A stretch of DNA of 64,000 nucleotides from Candidatus Babeliales bacterium. Lineage in GTDB: Bacteria > Babelota > Babeliae > Babelales > JANWKD01. A program made the position numbers and the translations under genes. Positions 30,594 through 40,500 of the stretch are shown one piece after another. Where the stretch lies: assembly GCA_963762115.1 (NCBI GenBank), contig CAVXJH010000003.1, forward strand, positions 522,418 to 586,417, given 5' to 3'. The notes beneath the pieces were generated by a model that searched no databases, was not told the origin of the DNA, and saw only the letters and a program-made list of their open reading frames with translations. The stretch's first letter is position 1, and every line of letters begins with the position of its first letter.

Positions 30594-32026
30594 ATGAATT
30601 TTAAAAAATTATTTTTTATTTTGTTTTATTTTGTACTACTACAAAATTTTAACCTCAATGGCATGGAAAGAACATCACTCTATGAAATTTTAGAAGTAAA
30701 CAAAAATGCAACACCCGCAGAAATTAAAAAAGCATATTTCAAGTTAGCTAGACAATGGCATCCCGACAAATGGGAAGATAAAGCAAAGGAAGAAAGAGAT
30801 GTCGCGGAAGAAAAATTCAAAGAAATTTCTAGCGCCTACGAAATATTAAGTGATGAACAAAAAAGAAAACACTATGACAAATTTGGTGGTAAAGCCAAGG
30901 AAGAAGGGTCTTCACAAGAAAAAGCAAACCAACTAAATGAACAACTTGATGCCCTGAAAAATATACTCGACTACCAACAACAATTTGTGCTACTCGATGT
31001 AATACTTAATAATCTCGCTAACATATATGATGAAAATCTTGATAACAGAGCTTTGAATGCAACATATGATTTAGCAAATGACTATTTCAGAAAACAAGAA
31101 TATGATAAGGCGTATCAACTGTTACAATTGGGTATCGACAATGCCATTTACTTGCATTATCCAGCTCAATATGACCGATTCATGCAAGCATATTCTTATC
31201 TTGAAGAAACTGCAAAGCGAACACCACAAAGACAATTTATACCCAAACCTCAAAAAGGTGAACACTATGCAAATATACATTTAACTGACTTTAAACATGC
31301 AAATAAAGATACGCCTGAAAGCAAAGAATATTTTCTCAAACAGGCCCTCGATGCCACTGAAGGTATTTTTATTTCTAAAGAATTGATGCAACGTTTTATT
31401 GAAGCATTCAAAGAACTTATTCAAATCTATCAAAAAAAAATAATACTGAAAAAGTAAACCAATACACAGAAATAATGTCTACAAAAATAGAAGAATGGAA
31501 AGATCTACAAGCTGAAGAATTGGAACAAAATAAATCACACAAAGAAAAGATGATAAAAGAATATGGAGAACAAGTTCGAAAAATGAATGAACAAGAAGCA
31601 AACACTTCAGTTAAGCGAAAATTATTTGATTTTTTTGAATCACCGGTAACAGAAACCAAAGAATGGTATATTGACCACGTTCTCATTGCACTCAACCATT
31701 TCAAACCTTCTAGTCCAACCATAAAAAAAAGCATTCTGGATGCCCTCAAAGGGCTTATTCAAATCTATCAAAAAGAAAATAATTCTGAAAAAACAAAGCA
31801 ATATGCAAAAATAGGATTAGCAAAAGCACAAGAATGGAGTTTTGAATCATTTGAAAAAGAATTTGAAACTATTTTACAAGAGAAAAAACCTGCCGCAAAA
31901 CCCCATCGCGAAGAAAAAAAACCGCAACAACCAAAACAAGAACCATTAAAAACAGAGTTAACAAAAAAATTGCAGGAATTATACACTACGTTAAAACAAT
32001 TAGAAATGGCTTTAAACAACAAATAA
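30594..32026 (+). CDS. Secreted J-domain protein split by a frameshift in an A9 tract (31432-31440)
   Basis: [24 protein letters not shown]-domain. One added A joins 30594-31457 to 31475-32026 and restores an internal repeat. Confidence 0.75.
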
Positions 32027-32337
32027 TTAACCTAAAGATTATTAAATAGTCGCACATCAACAAGAAAAAATAGTTGATTAAAGCCACGAAAATTCTCGAA
32101 GTGGTATATTTTCTATAAAAGTGGCACGGCCTGTGCTACTTTTTCACTTGTAGAAGATTATTATATAGGTTTGCCCTGAAAAAACCCTTTAGAACCCTTG
32201 CTTTTTTGAAGGCAAATCTGTTACGCTTAAAATAATAATATTCTATAAATTACTCTCGAACTCCAATAATCATTATGTTAATTTTTTACCACTTGCATAC
32301 AATTGCAAATATTTTTTAATAATCAAGGAGAAATCTC

Positions 32338-32817
32338 ATGAAAAAACTTATTATTGCAGCGATGCTGCTTTTAATCAATGGCGTATCAGTAAATCTTATT
32401 AATGCACAAACCGTTATACCAAAAACTCCAGCAATACCTGCCATTCCAGAAACTGCGAAAGAGTATTGCGTGGTTTTACAAGAAGTGCAACAAGCATTTG
32501 ATAATAAAAAAGCCAAAGAATATATAAACCAACTTGCTAAAGAGCAAAAAGAAAACGAAGCTAAAACAAAAGAAGCAACAACAAAGAAAGAAAAAGAAGA
32601 AGCAGCAAAAAAAGCTCTCGATCTCGAAACAAAGGCACAATTAGTTAATGCAATTGCGAAAAATATCTCAGACCAAATAGCACTCGATGTAGTTGGACGC
32701 AAAAAAACTCAAGCAGAACAATCAAAAGCAAAAGAAGAACATCAAGAAGCCCAAGACCTTGCTGATGCTGCAAAAGTTACTGCTAGAACTGCTGTAAAAG
32801 CTGTTATTGTGCAATAA
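32338..32817 (+). CDS. Secreted helical hypothetical protein
   Basis: AAGGAG RBS and signal peptide. Confidence 0.7.
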   Translation: MKKLIIAAMLLLINGVSVNLINAQTVIPKTPAIPAIPETAKEYCVVLQEVQQAFDNKKAKEYINQLAKEQKENEAKTKEATTKKEKEEAAKKALDLETKAQLVNAIAKNISDQIALDVVGRKKTQAEQSKAKEEHQEAQDLADAAKVTARTAVKAVIVQ

Positions 32818-32888
32818 ACATCAGAAAATATTAATACAAGGGCTCTTGTTCTATACTTGAGCCCTTGATTCCATAAAAAGGAGCTCTC

Positions 32889-33305
32889 ATGTTTAAACAA
32901 AAAATTATGGTAGTTTTATGCCTATTCACTCTTATTCCATTTAACTTAAAAACAGCAATGGTCACCAAACAAGAATGTGTCGACAGAATTGAACAATTTA
33001 AAAAAAGTGAAAATACATTAAATGCATATCTTACAGACATTCGCAATGATTTTAACAACTTTGAAAATGAAGTTAAAAATATAGTAACCCGTGCAAAAAC
33101 AACCGTTGAAAAAATTGGTGGCAACGCGCAAGCAAAATCTTATAAAGAATTCGCTACGCTAAAAAAGAAATTGAAAAACAAAATTCGTGCATTCGAAACA
33201 ATACTAAATGACCATGTTTTTATGATATTAATGATCGAAGATTGCTACTTTAATCGATTAATAAGTCGTGAAAAATATGAAAACCTATTTCAATTAAACC
33301 AATAA
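32889..33305 (+). CDS. Secreted hypothetical protein
   Basis: AAGGAG RBS and signal peptide. Confidence 0.7.
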   Translation: MFKQKIMVVLCLFTLIPFNLKTAMVTKQECVDRIEQFKKSENTLNAYLTDIRNDFNNFENEVKNIVTRAKTTVEKIGGNAQAKSYKEFATLKKKLKNKIRAFETILNDHVFMILMIEDCYFNRLISREKYENLFQLNQ

Positions 33306-33318
33306 AGGAGATAATCTA

Positions 33319-33939
33319 ATGAAAAAACTTATTATTGCAGCGATGCTGCTTGTATTAAATATAATACCGTTAAATTTCATTAATGCTGTTGAAACAATAA
33401 GCCCTAAAGCTAAGGCGGCATTTGATCAGATAACTAAAGTTTGGAACTCCAATGAAAAAAACTTAAGAGACTTTGATAGAAATGTCATTAATAATGGCAT
33501 AAACAATATCAGTGAAACAATAAATAAATCATTACAAAACATCAATACTCAAATTTCACTAGCAGAAATTCTTAATTTAATAAAAACCCTAAAGGATCAA
33601 AAAACAACTCTTAAACCTATTTCAACAACATTATCAAATGAAACATCGCAGGCTCTCAAAAATATTTTTAATGCAACAAAAGATTTCTATAAAAAACTTA
33701 TTGAAACACAAAAAATTGTCGTAAAGGCACAGGCTGAACCAGAGCTGATTGGCAATATGACAAGTTTTGATAAACTGGCACAAGGTATTTTGGTTATTAT
33801 CAAAAGTGCCGTTGAAGATCATAATGCCAATCCTGCATTGTTACCTTTAAAGCTTACTAATAAAGAAAAGGAGCAAGAAAAAAAGGCTTTTGATGAGTTA
33901 AAAAATACAAAATTATATGAAGTAATTATCAAAAAATAA
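33319..33939 (+). CDS. Secreted hypothetical protein
   Basis: AAGGAG RBS; first 33 nt identical to gene at 32338. Confidence 0.7.
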   Translation: MKKLIIAAMLLVLNIIPLNFINAVETISPKAKAAFDQITKVWNSNEKNLRDFDRNVINNGINNISETINKSLQNINTQISLAEILNLIKTLKDQKTTLKPISTTLSNETSQALKNIFNATKDFYKKLIETQKIVVKAQAEPELIGNMTSFDKLAQGILVIIKSAVEDHNANPALLPLKLTNKEKEQEKKAFDELKNTKLYEVIIKK

Positions 33940-33961
33940 ATCAAGTCAAAATACATCTTTT

Positions 33962-33991
33962 AAAAGTAGCACAGGTTGTGCTACTTTTTTT
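33962..33991. terminator. Terminator hairpin
   Basis: aaaagtagcaca / tgtgctacttttttt. Confidence 0.7.
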
Positions 33992-34038
33992 GCATTCTAA
34001 AAAAATATATTAAAGCTTATGCAGTTACTTTGAAAAGA

Positions 34039-35922
34039 TTAGCTCAAAATCACCAACGCATTCGGATCATAGCGATTATCAAGAATCTCACCAGTTTTGG
34101 CATGCACACAATATTCTTTAAGCGAAGGATCATAGGAAAATTTTTTCTTGCCAAAAGGTATCGACATATACAATTTCTTCCAAATAGGAAATGCCGTTCG
34201 TATAGCATACACATTATTGCCCAGTGACTCATTTTCATCACAACCAATATAAACACCGGTGATCAATTCTGGCGTCGCACCAATAAACAAACATGTTCTT
34301 GAATCATTATTTGTTCCTGTTTTACCGATTGCCTCTGAATCGATCCACTGAGACCCATTACGTTTTTGTGCACGATCCATACCAATACTTAATACCTTTA
34401 CCACCTGACCATTCACGCGAGAATTCAAAGCGGTTTCTTGATGCGGATGCACGGTAAAAATCTTGTGACCCCATTCATCTTTTATCCAACGAATATAATG
34501 TGGTTCTATATAAATACCGTTATTGGCATATACATTAAACATACCAACAGCATCTTTAAGAGTACCATCAACACACCCAAGTGCTAATGATGGATATGGG
34601 TGCAAGGTCGCTTTTATGCCAAAACGAGGAACCATATTCATCACTTTTTCATAACCAACTGATAATAACGTTTTTATTGCAATAATATTGTTTGAATATG
34701 CAAGCGCACGAGCTAATGTCATTTCACCTTCAAATTTACGATTATGATTTCTAGGATTCCATGTGTTAAGGTGAATAGGTTCATCAATTTCTGTTTGTGC
34801 AAAATGCGCTCCTTCTTCAATTGCTGCAGCATAAATAAGAGGTTTAAAAGTAGAACCCATTTGTCGGCGAGCTTGCAAAGCTCGACTAAATTTAGAAACA
34901 GAAAAATCAAAACCGCCGATAAGAGCTTTGATATAACCCGTTTTCACCTCCATTGAAATTAAAGCACCATCAACTACAGGATTTTTTTTACGCAAGAGGA
35001 TAATTTGTTCTTTGAACGCATTTTCTGCTACCTGCTGAATAGCACGATTCAACGTGGTTTGTACAACATAACCGCCGGTATATATTTTTTTCTTGCCAAC
35101 AATTTCTTCTAATGCCATGCGAACTGCTTCTTTTAAATGCGGTGCGCACAAATCAGTTTCATGCACCACAAGATGAACCTCATTCAATTTTGCTTGTGCG
35201 TATTCTTCTTGTGTTATAAACTTCTGCTGCAGCATTGAATGTAAAACAACATTTCTTCGCTTTTGTGCCGATAAAGGATATTTGAGAGGACAATAGTGAG
35301 AAGGATTTTTAACAATACCCGCCAATAATGCAGCTTGATCAAGCGAAATTCCAGCGGCTGATTTACCCCAAAACCGTTGGCTCGCGGCTTCAACGCCATA
35401 AATACCAAAACCAAAAAAAACATGATTAAGATATGTTTGCAAAATATGCTCTTTGCTAAATTGCTGCTCAACAACTAATGCAAACAATTGATCTTTTATT
35501 TTGCGCATAAAAGTACGTTTTGAATCAGTAAAAAGTAATTTTACCAATTGCTGCGTTATAGTGCTTGCGCCCTGCACAATTCTTCCGTGATACATGTTAA
35601 TACATAATGACCGAAGAATACCTTTCCAAGAAATACCGTGATGTTGGAAAAATGCATGATCTTCAGCAGCAACAAATGCTTGAATAAGATGTGGGGACAT
35701 TTGCTGCAATGATATTGGCAAACGGCGATCCAAAGCAAATCGCGCCCATTCATTACCTTGATCATCGAGCAACACCGTTGGCTTTCCAGGATTATATTGT
35801 TCCAAAACACTCAAATCAATAACGGTGTTTTGCACAAAAAAGAAGAATGAGCCCATCAAACAGGAGAACAATAAACTATTTATAATAAGAAAAGTTCTAA
35901 TAATTGACATAACGTTTAACAT
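34039..35922 (-). CDS. Class A penicillin-binding protein (PBP1A family)
   Basis: EDHAFFQHHG, GASTITQQ, STFK, SNN, KTG motifs. Confidence 0.93.
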   Translation of the reverse strand: MLNVMSIIRTFLIINSLLFSCLMGSFFFFVQNTVIDLSVLEQYNPGKPTVLLDDQGNEWARFALDRRLPISLQQMSPHLIQAFVAAEDHAFFQHHGISWKGILRSLCINMYHGRIVQGASTITQQLVKLLFTDSKRTFMRKIKDQLFALVVEQQFSKEHILQTYLNHVFFGFGIYGVEAASQRFWGKSAAGISLDQAALLAGIVKNPSHYCPLKYPLSAQKRRNVVLHSMLQQKFITQEEYAQAKLNEVHLVVHETDLCAPHLKEAVRMALEEIVGKKKIYTGGYVVQTTLNRAIQQVAENAFKEQIILLRKKNPVVDGALISMEVKTGYIKALIGGFDFSVSKFSRALQARRQMGSTFKPLIYAAAIEEGAHFAQTEIDEPIHLNTWNPRNHNRKFEGEMTLARALAYSNNIIAIKTLLSVGYEKVMNMVPRFGIKATLHPYPSLALGCVDGTLKDAVGMFNVYANNGIYIEPHYIRWIKDEWGHKIFTVHPHQETALNSRVNGQVVKVLSIGMDRAQKRNGSQWIDSEAIGKTGTNNDSRTCLFIGATPELITGVYIGCDENESLGNNVYAIRTAFPIWKKLYMSIPFGKKKFSYDPSLKEYCVHAKTGEILDNRYDPNALVILS

Positions 35923-35967
35923 TAATTTTATAGTGATAAATAATTAGTAAAATAACCAAAATAATCA

Positions 35968-36384
35968 AAATGTCATTGCGAGGCACATTGTGCCGTGGCA
36001 ACCCAGCTTATAAAATTCTATTTATTTTTCCTTATTAAGTTGTTCATATAAATCAAACCAACAAGGGTTTATTGATTCAATAAGCTTCAATTTTTTTGTT
36101 CTTGATCCAGACTTTATTTGTTTCTCTCGTTCAATTGCTTTTAACATATCTTCATAAAGCTCATAATATACAAGTAATTTACAACTGTATTGCTTTGTAA
36201 AGCCGTCAATCATATTATTCTTGTGCTGAAAGACTCTTTGAAAAAGATTAGAAGTTACACCCGTATAAAGTGCACCATTTCTTTCATTTGTCATAATATA
36301 TACAGCTGCTTGTTTCATATGAATCTCATAGTAGAATTTTATAAGCTGGGTTGCCACGGCACAATGTGCCTCGCAATGACATTT
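35968..36384 (-). mobile_element. REP-bounded GIY-YIG nuclease element, copy 2 (putative autonomous)
   Basis: Perfect 53-bp inverted repeats 35968-36020 / 36332-36384 enclosing only a GIY-YIG ORF. Confidence 0.75.
36022..36318 (-). CDS. Stand-alone GIY-YIG nuclease, 98 aa
   Basis: 79/98 identical to 10571-10867 with no gaps; true start is MKQAAVY. Confidence 0.92.
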   Translation of the reverse strand: MKQAAVYIMTNERNGALYTGVTSNLFQRVFQHKNNMIDGFTKQYSCKLLVYYELYEDMLKAIEREKQIKSGSRTKKLKLIESINPCWFDLYEQLNKEK

Positions 36385-36433
36385 CGATTTCAATATTTTT
36401 GTTGTTAGCGTAAACATGATTGTTAACATGACA

Positions 36434-36455
36434 AAGGGTCGCCTAAGCGACCCTT
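36434..36455 (-). terminator. Terminator hairpin
   Basis: aagggtcgc-ctaa-gcgaccctt. Confidence 0.65.
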
Positions 36456-36514
36456 ATAATAATTATTTTATTAATTGTTGTTAAGCGTGACAGTCATTTA
36501 CTGCCTACAATTAA

Positions 36515-36940
36515 TTAATATACAAACTTTGTTTCTTCTTGCTCATCTTCAACACCAAAGAAAGCTCTGAATGCTGGGCAAGTTTTCCAAAGAACCGCAA
36601 AACCAACTACTGCAGATACACCAACTACAACAAGTTTATGATCTGTGCACCATTGTTTTGCTTGAGCAAATGTTGGAACGTATGATTTTTTTGCAACAAC
36701 TGGTTTAACTTCTTCTGCAGGTTGTGCAGCACCTGTTGTTACCACAGGGGTTTCTGCTGGAGCTGCTGGTGTTGCTACTGAAGCGTCAACAACAGGAGCT
36801 TCTGGAAGTTGAACTGCTGGAGCTACTACTTCTACTGAAGTTGGAACAACGGGGGTAACTGCTGTTGTTACTTCTTCTGCGCGAAGATATGTACCAGCAA
36901 ACAACATAGCACTTAATGCTAGAGTAATTTGTTTTTTCAT
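36515..36940 (-). CDS. Secreted Pro/Ala/Val-rich protein with C-terminal TM anchor
   Basis: Signal peptide, low-complexity stalk, hydrophobic tail; AGGAG RBS. Confidence 0.75.
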   Translation of the reverse strand: MKKQITLALSAMLFAGTYLRAEEVTTAVTPVVPTSVEVVAPAVQLPEAPVVDASVATPAAPAETPVVTTGAAQPAEEVKPVVAKKSYVPTFAQAKQWCTDHKLVVVGVSAVVGFAVLWKTCPAFRAFFGVEDEQEETKFVY

Positions 36941-37065
36941 TGAATGTGAACTCCTAAAAATAAAGATGAATCAAACTTAACAACTGGATAAAAATGTACT
37001 TGAATAATATTATTTGTCAATATAAGATTATTAAAATGGCAAAAAATGCAGAAGGAGTCGTCGCC

Positions 37066-37518
37066 ATGAATGCTATCATAACACTATTCATTTTTTTATT
37101 TTTCTTTCTTGATGTAACACTTGCAGGTTTTTTTAATTACCATTTTTTCTATTTAATTGGTTGTTTATATTATGCAACATTATTTTTTTCGCAAAATTAT
37201 CTATCTTTGATGATAGCTCTTATGCCAATGCTTTTGCTGGAAGAATTTCTTATTGATGGTCGTTTTGGCATACATCTTTTATATATTTTACCAATAACAC
37301 TCATTGTGTGTTATATAAGACCATTTTTTCGCCAAGATTCAATCCTTATGCCATGCCTCTCATTAACGTTCTTTCTCATTATTAAGACTTTCTTTAAAAG
37401 AGGGTCTTTATTCTCGGGCACCTATATTTTTTTTGAAATTTGTGTTAATATCATAGTGTTAATTATTTTCTTGAAATATATAGTTAAAGGTAGACTAGGC
37501 AATCGCTTGTATGCATAA
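37066..37518 (+). CDS. Integral membrane protein (possibly MreD-like)
   Basis: About 5 TM helices; AAGGAG RBS before ATG 37066; 3' end overlaps rnpB. Confidence 0.55.
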   Translation: MNAIITLFIFLFFFLDVTLAGFFNYHFFYLIGCLYYATLFFSQNYLSLMIALMPMLLLEEFLIDGRFGIHLLYILPITLIVCYIRPFFRQDSILMPCLSLTFFLIIKTFFKRGSLFSGTYIFFEICVNIIVLIIFLKYIVKGRLGNRLYA

Positions 37519-37839
37519 TACAAGAGGAAAGTCCGGACTCCAAACGAACTAAGTACCTTAGGAGAACTTGTTTCAACTAAGGGGGATGTAAATCCATGGA
37601 AAGTGCCACAGAAAATAACCGCCACTCTTGAAAAAGAATGGTAAGGGTGAAAACGCGTGGTAAGAGCACACGAATTATTATAGCAATATAATAATGGGGT
37701 AAACCCTACTTGGAGCAAGACAAAATAGGCATGTTCGGTTGTTCGTTCCGGTTTAAACATGCGGGTATGTCGCCTAGATAAATGATTGTCATTTTTAATG
37801 TTCGCATTAAAAAACAGAATCCGGCTTATTGTCTACCTT
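37487..37839 (+). ncRNA. rnpB: RNase P RNA, bacterial type A
   Basis: GAGGAAAGTCCGGACTCC, GAAAGTGCCACAGAAA, AGGGTGAAACG, GGTAAACCC, GAGCAAG, CTAGATAAATG, ACAGAATCCGGCTTA; P1 aaggtagac/gtctacctt. Confidence 0.97.
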
Positions 37840-37859
37840 ACCTATTTTTAGAAATACCT

Positions 37860-38558
37860 ATGACAAAAAAATTCTTCTGGCTCGTTCCTTTTCTCTGTTT
37901 TATATGCACCTATTTTATGTTACATAAAATTTTCAGCATAGCTCCTTTTACCACGCCCAGTGTTGTTGGTAAACCTATTCAAGAAGCGCTTACCATTCTT
38001 TCAGGACACACCCTCAATAGTCGCCTCATCTCCCAAACAGAAGATAATGATCTTCCTGCTGGCATTATTCTCAGCCAACAACCACTTGCCAATCAACAAG
38101 TGCGTCCTTATCAAACGATTTTTTTGACCATTTCAAAGCGAAAAGATAGGATTCCTGCGCCAGATTTAGCGCATAAAACAATAAATACTCTTAAAACCAT
38201 TCTTGAGAAAGACGGAATCAGCTTTAAATTCTACGGACTCATGAGCACAAATCCCCAAAATAGTTGTATTGCTCAAATACCACAACCAGCAGAATTGTTA
38301 AGTGAAGATAAAAAAATGATTATCTACAGTTCACTTGGCATCAACAAACCCGTAATTTTACCATCATTCAAATCATGTGCAGCTGATGAAGTTGTACAAT
38401 TTTTAACAAATAATACTATTAAAACAACAATCTTTCACGCTAAACCAGTTCCTGATGAGCATCGTTGTTTATTTTGCAAAGTTGTTGAACAAAAGCCCCT
38501 TGCCGGTTCTCTTATTGACCTAAAAAAACCACTTACCGTACAATTATATGTTCGATAA
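37860..38558 (+). CDS. PASTA-domain membrane protein
   Basis: TM followed by PSVVGK...ILSQQP repeats. Confidence 0.8.
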   Translation: MTKKFFWLVPFLCFICTYFMLHKIFSIAPFTTPSVVGKPIQEALTILSGHTLNSRLISQTEDNDLPAGIILSQQPLANQQVRPYQTIFLTISKRKDRIPAPDLAHKTINTLKTILEKDGISFKFYGLMSTNPQNSCIAQIPQPAELLSEDKKMIIYSSLGINKPVILPSFKSCAADEVVQFLTNNTIKTTIFHAKPVPDEHRCLFCKVVEQKPLAGSLIDLKKPLTVQLYVR

Positions 38559-38570
38559 ATTGCACAAAAG

Positions 38571-39269
38571 TTATTGAATATCTTCTAAAACATTGTGCAG
38601 TTGCACAAGTGCATGATTTAAATCGCGCAAATTTGATATAAGCGATGAAGAAGAAATACTCGCAATTGGCTGAGGAGCTAACACACATGTTACAGGCTTT
38701 TCTTGTGGTAATGGTTTTGGCACTGATGGCTGAATTTGAATAACAGGTTTTTTTTGTGATGGATTTTTCAAGAGATTAACAATATCTGCATATCCTAATT
38801 TTTCTGCAAGCTGCAACGGTGTTAAATAAAAATTAGAAAGTTTCTTATTCATCTCAAAAAAAATTGATGGAACCTTAAAACCCCATAAATTCGTATAAAT
38901 AGTTGGCATCTGTACATCTGTTTTTTTATTTATATCAACACCCTGATCTATCAAAAAACCAACTATTTCAAGATGATTACCAATTATCGCAGCTGTTAAT
39001 GCATTCCATATTGGAGGGTTTCTACCCGCGACATAAATCCCTTCATTAATATTCTTAACGTGTGGAAAATATTCCTTAACTCGCTCAAGATCACCCATTA
39101 AAGCCGCAACTATAAACCAACGATGAGCTTTATGCTCAGGAAGCATTGGCGTCGTAGGAACATCAGGCCAAAAATCTCCCCACATTGGTACAATGTTTTC
39201 TAAATGCGGATCCATTGTAAAAGAAATCATGACCTTACTTACTAAAATGCATAATATTATTTTTTTCAT
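38571..39269 (-). CDS. Signal-peptide ankyrin protein
   Basis: NALTAAI..NHLEIVGFLIDQGVDIN; TPLQLA. Confidence 0.8.
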   Translation of the reverse strand: MKKIILCILVSKVMISFTMDPHLENIVPMWGDFWPDVPTTPMLPEHKAHRWFIVAALMGDLERVKEYFPHVKNINEGIYVAGRNPPIWNALTAAIIGNHLEIVGFLIDQGVDINKKTDVQMPTIYTNLWGFKVPSIFFEMNKKLSNFYLTPLQLAEKLGYADIVNLLKNPSQKKPVIQIQPSVPKPLPQEKPVTCVLAPQPIASISSSSLISNLRDLNHALVQLHNVLEDIQ

Positions 39270-39360
39270 ACTTAATCCTCATACTAAAAAAATATTTTTA
39301 TGCATTCATCATAAATTTAATAATTTGTACAAATCAAGAGAACTACAATTTGTACAAAAC

Positions 39361-39512
39361 ATCAGATAAATCTTTCTTTGCAAAAAGAACATCATAAACG
39401 TTAGAAAATAGCGGCACTGTTATTGCATGCGCAACAATAAGTTGCTGCACAATCTTTCATGCAAAATCAGTGCCTGATGAGCATCGTTGTTTATTTTGCA
39501 AATTCGATAAAT
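39361..39512. repeat. Fused duplicate fragments of the gpsA 3' end and PASTA gene 3' end
   Basis: 39361-39449 matches 40519-40607 (77/89); 39449-39502 matches 38427-38480 (50/54); 39503-39512 equals 38551-38560. Confidence 0.85.
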
Positions 39513-39591
39513 ATTTTTCAAAAATTATTGCTTAAGAACAAACAATGTTCATACAATAAATCCTGACGCGTATTTTTTTACGGGAGAATTA

Positions 39592-40488
39592 ATGAAAACA
39601 GCTCTTCAAAAATGTTGTATAGTGCTTTTGTTGTTGCACACATCACTTACAAGTTGCATGGAACAACCTGAACGAAAATTAACCTATGAATTAGTACAAT
39701 TAACTGAAATATTAGATGCACTAGAAAAAAAATTACAAAAAAATATCACGTCACCATTAGAATCATTACCTAACGAAATTATCGCTCAGATTATTGAAAC
39801 TAAAATTCCTAAAAAATTCCAACATGCTAGTGAAATAATCAACGCCATTAGCATGCAATCATTGAGCAATACCAATAAAATGATGAAGGAACAATTTGGT
39901 GATTATATAAAAACAAAATTAAGTGAAGCGCTAAAAGCAAGTAAAAATATCTATAAAGAACTTGATCCGGACCGTTTTGGTCTAATACAACCGCGTATCC
40001 CCGGCCGACTTCCCTATAAAAATAAGATAAGAATAGTAGATAAAGCATTATTAAAAGCATTCAAAAAAAATAACTTCACCGTTATGAAATTTTTACTTGA
40101 AAATGGTGCAGACATCGAGGCTAGATATAAAACGCCAATTGATCCTCAAGATAAAAATCCTTTTTTTGAATACTTTACTTTACTTATGCTTGCGCTGCAC
40201 CAAAAAGATATACGCAAAGTAAACTTTTTACTTTCTTTTATTAAAAACAGAGATGAAAGCTCTCTTTTAAATGATTCAAGCAACAATAAAACACCACTTT
40301 ATATAGCAATACAAGCTAACTTTAAGGAAGGCATTGAAGCACTATTTAAAGCAGCTCAAAAAAATAACATCAGTGAATTAAATGTAGGAATATTGCCTCA
40401 AGAAAAATTCATACAAGCTCGTAATACTTTAGAGCCCTTCATTAAAAAATATAAGGTAGGAATAGGAAAACATCTTAGGTATGATTAA
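39592..40488 (+). CDS. Secreted F-box-like / ankyrin protein
   Basis: LESLPNEIIAQII; FLLENGADIE; TPLYIA. Confidence 0.75.
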   Translation: MKTALQKCCIVLLLLHTSLTSCMEQPERKLTYELVQLTEILDALEKKLQKNITSPLESLPNEIIAQIIETKIPKKFQHASEIINAISMQSLSNTNKMMKEQFGDYIKTKLSEALKASKNIYKELDPDRFGLIQPRIPGRLPYKNKIRIVDKALLKAFKKNNFTVMKFLLENGADIEARYKTPIDPQDKNPFFEYFTLLMLALHQKDIRKVNFLLSFIKNRDESSLLNDSSNNKTPLYIAIQANFKEGIEALFKAAQKNNISELNVGILPQEKFIQARNTLEPFIKKYKVGIGKHLRYD

Positions 40489-40500
40489 TGATAGTTGTTA

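Noticed and set aside
36319..36429. N-terminal extension (CHCEAHCAVATQ) of GIY-YIG copy 2
   Set aside because: It is a translation of the REP; the paralog starts at MKQ.
37422..37760. 112-aa minus-strand ORF
   Set aside because: Antisense to rnpB.
37782..37859. Longer start for the PASTA gene
   Set aside because: Lies largely inside rnpB; ATG 37860 gives a normal N-terminal anchor.
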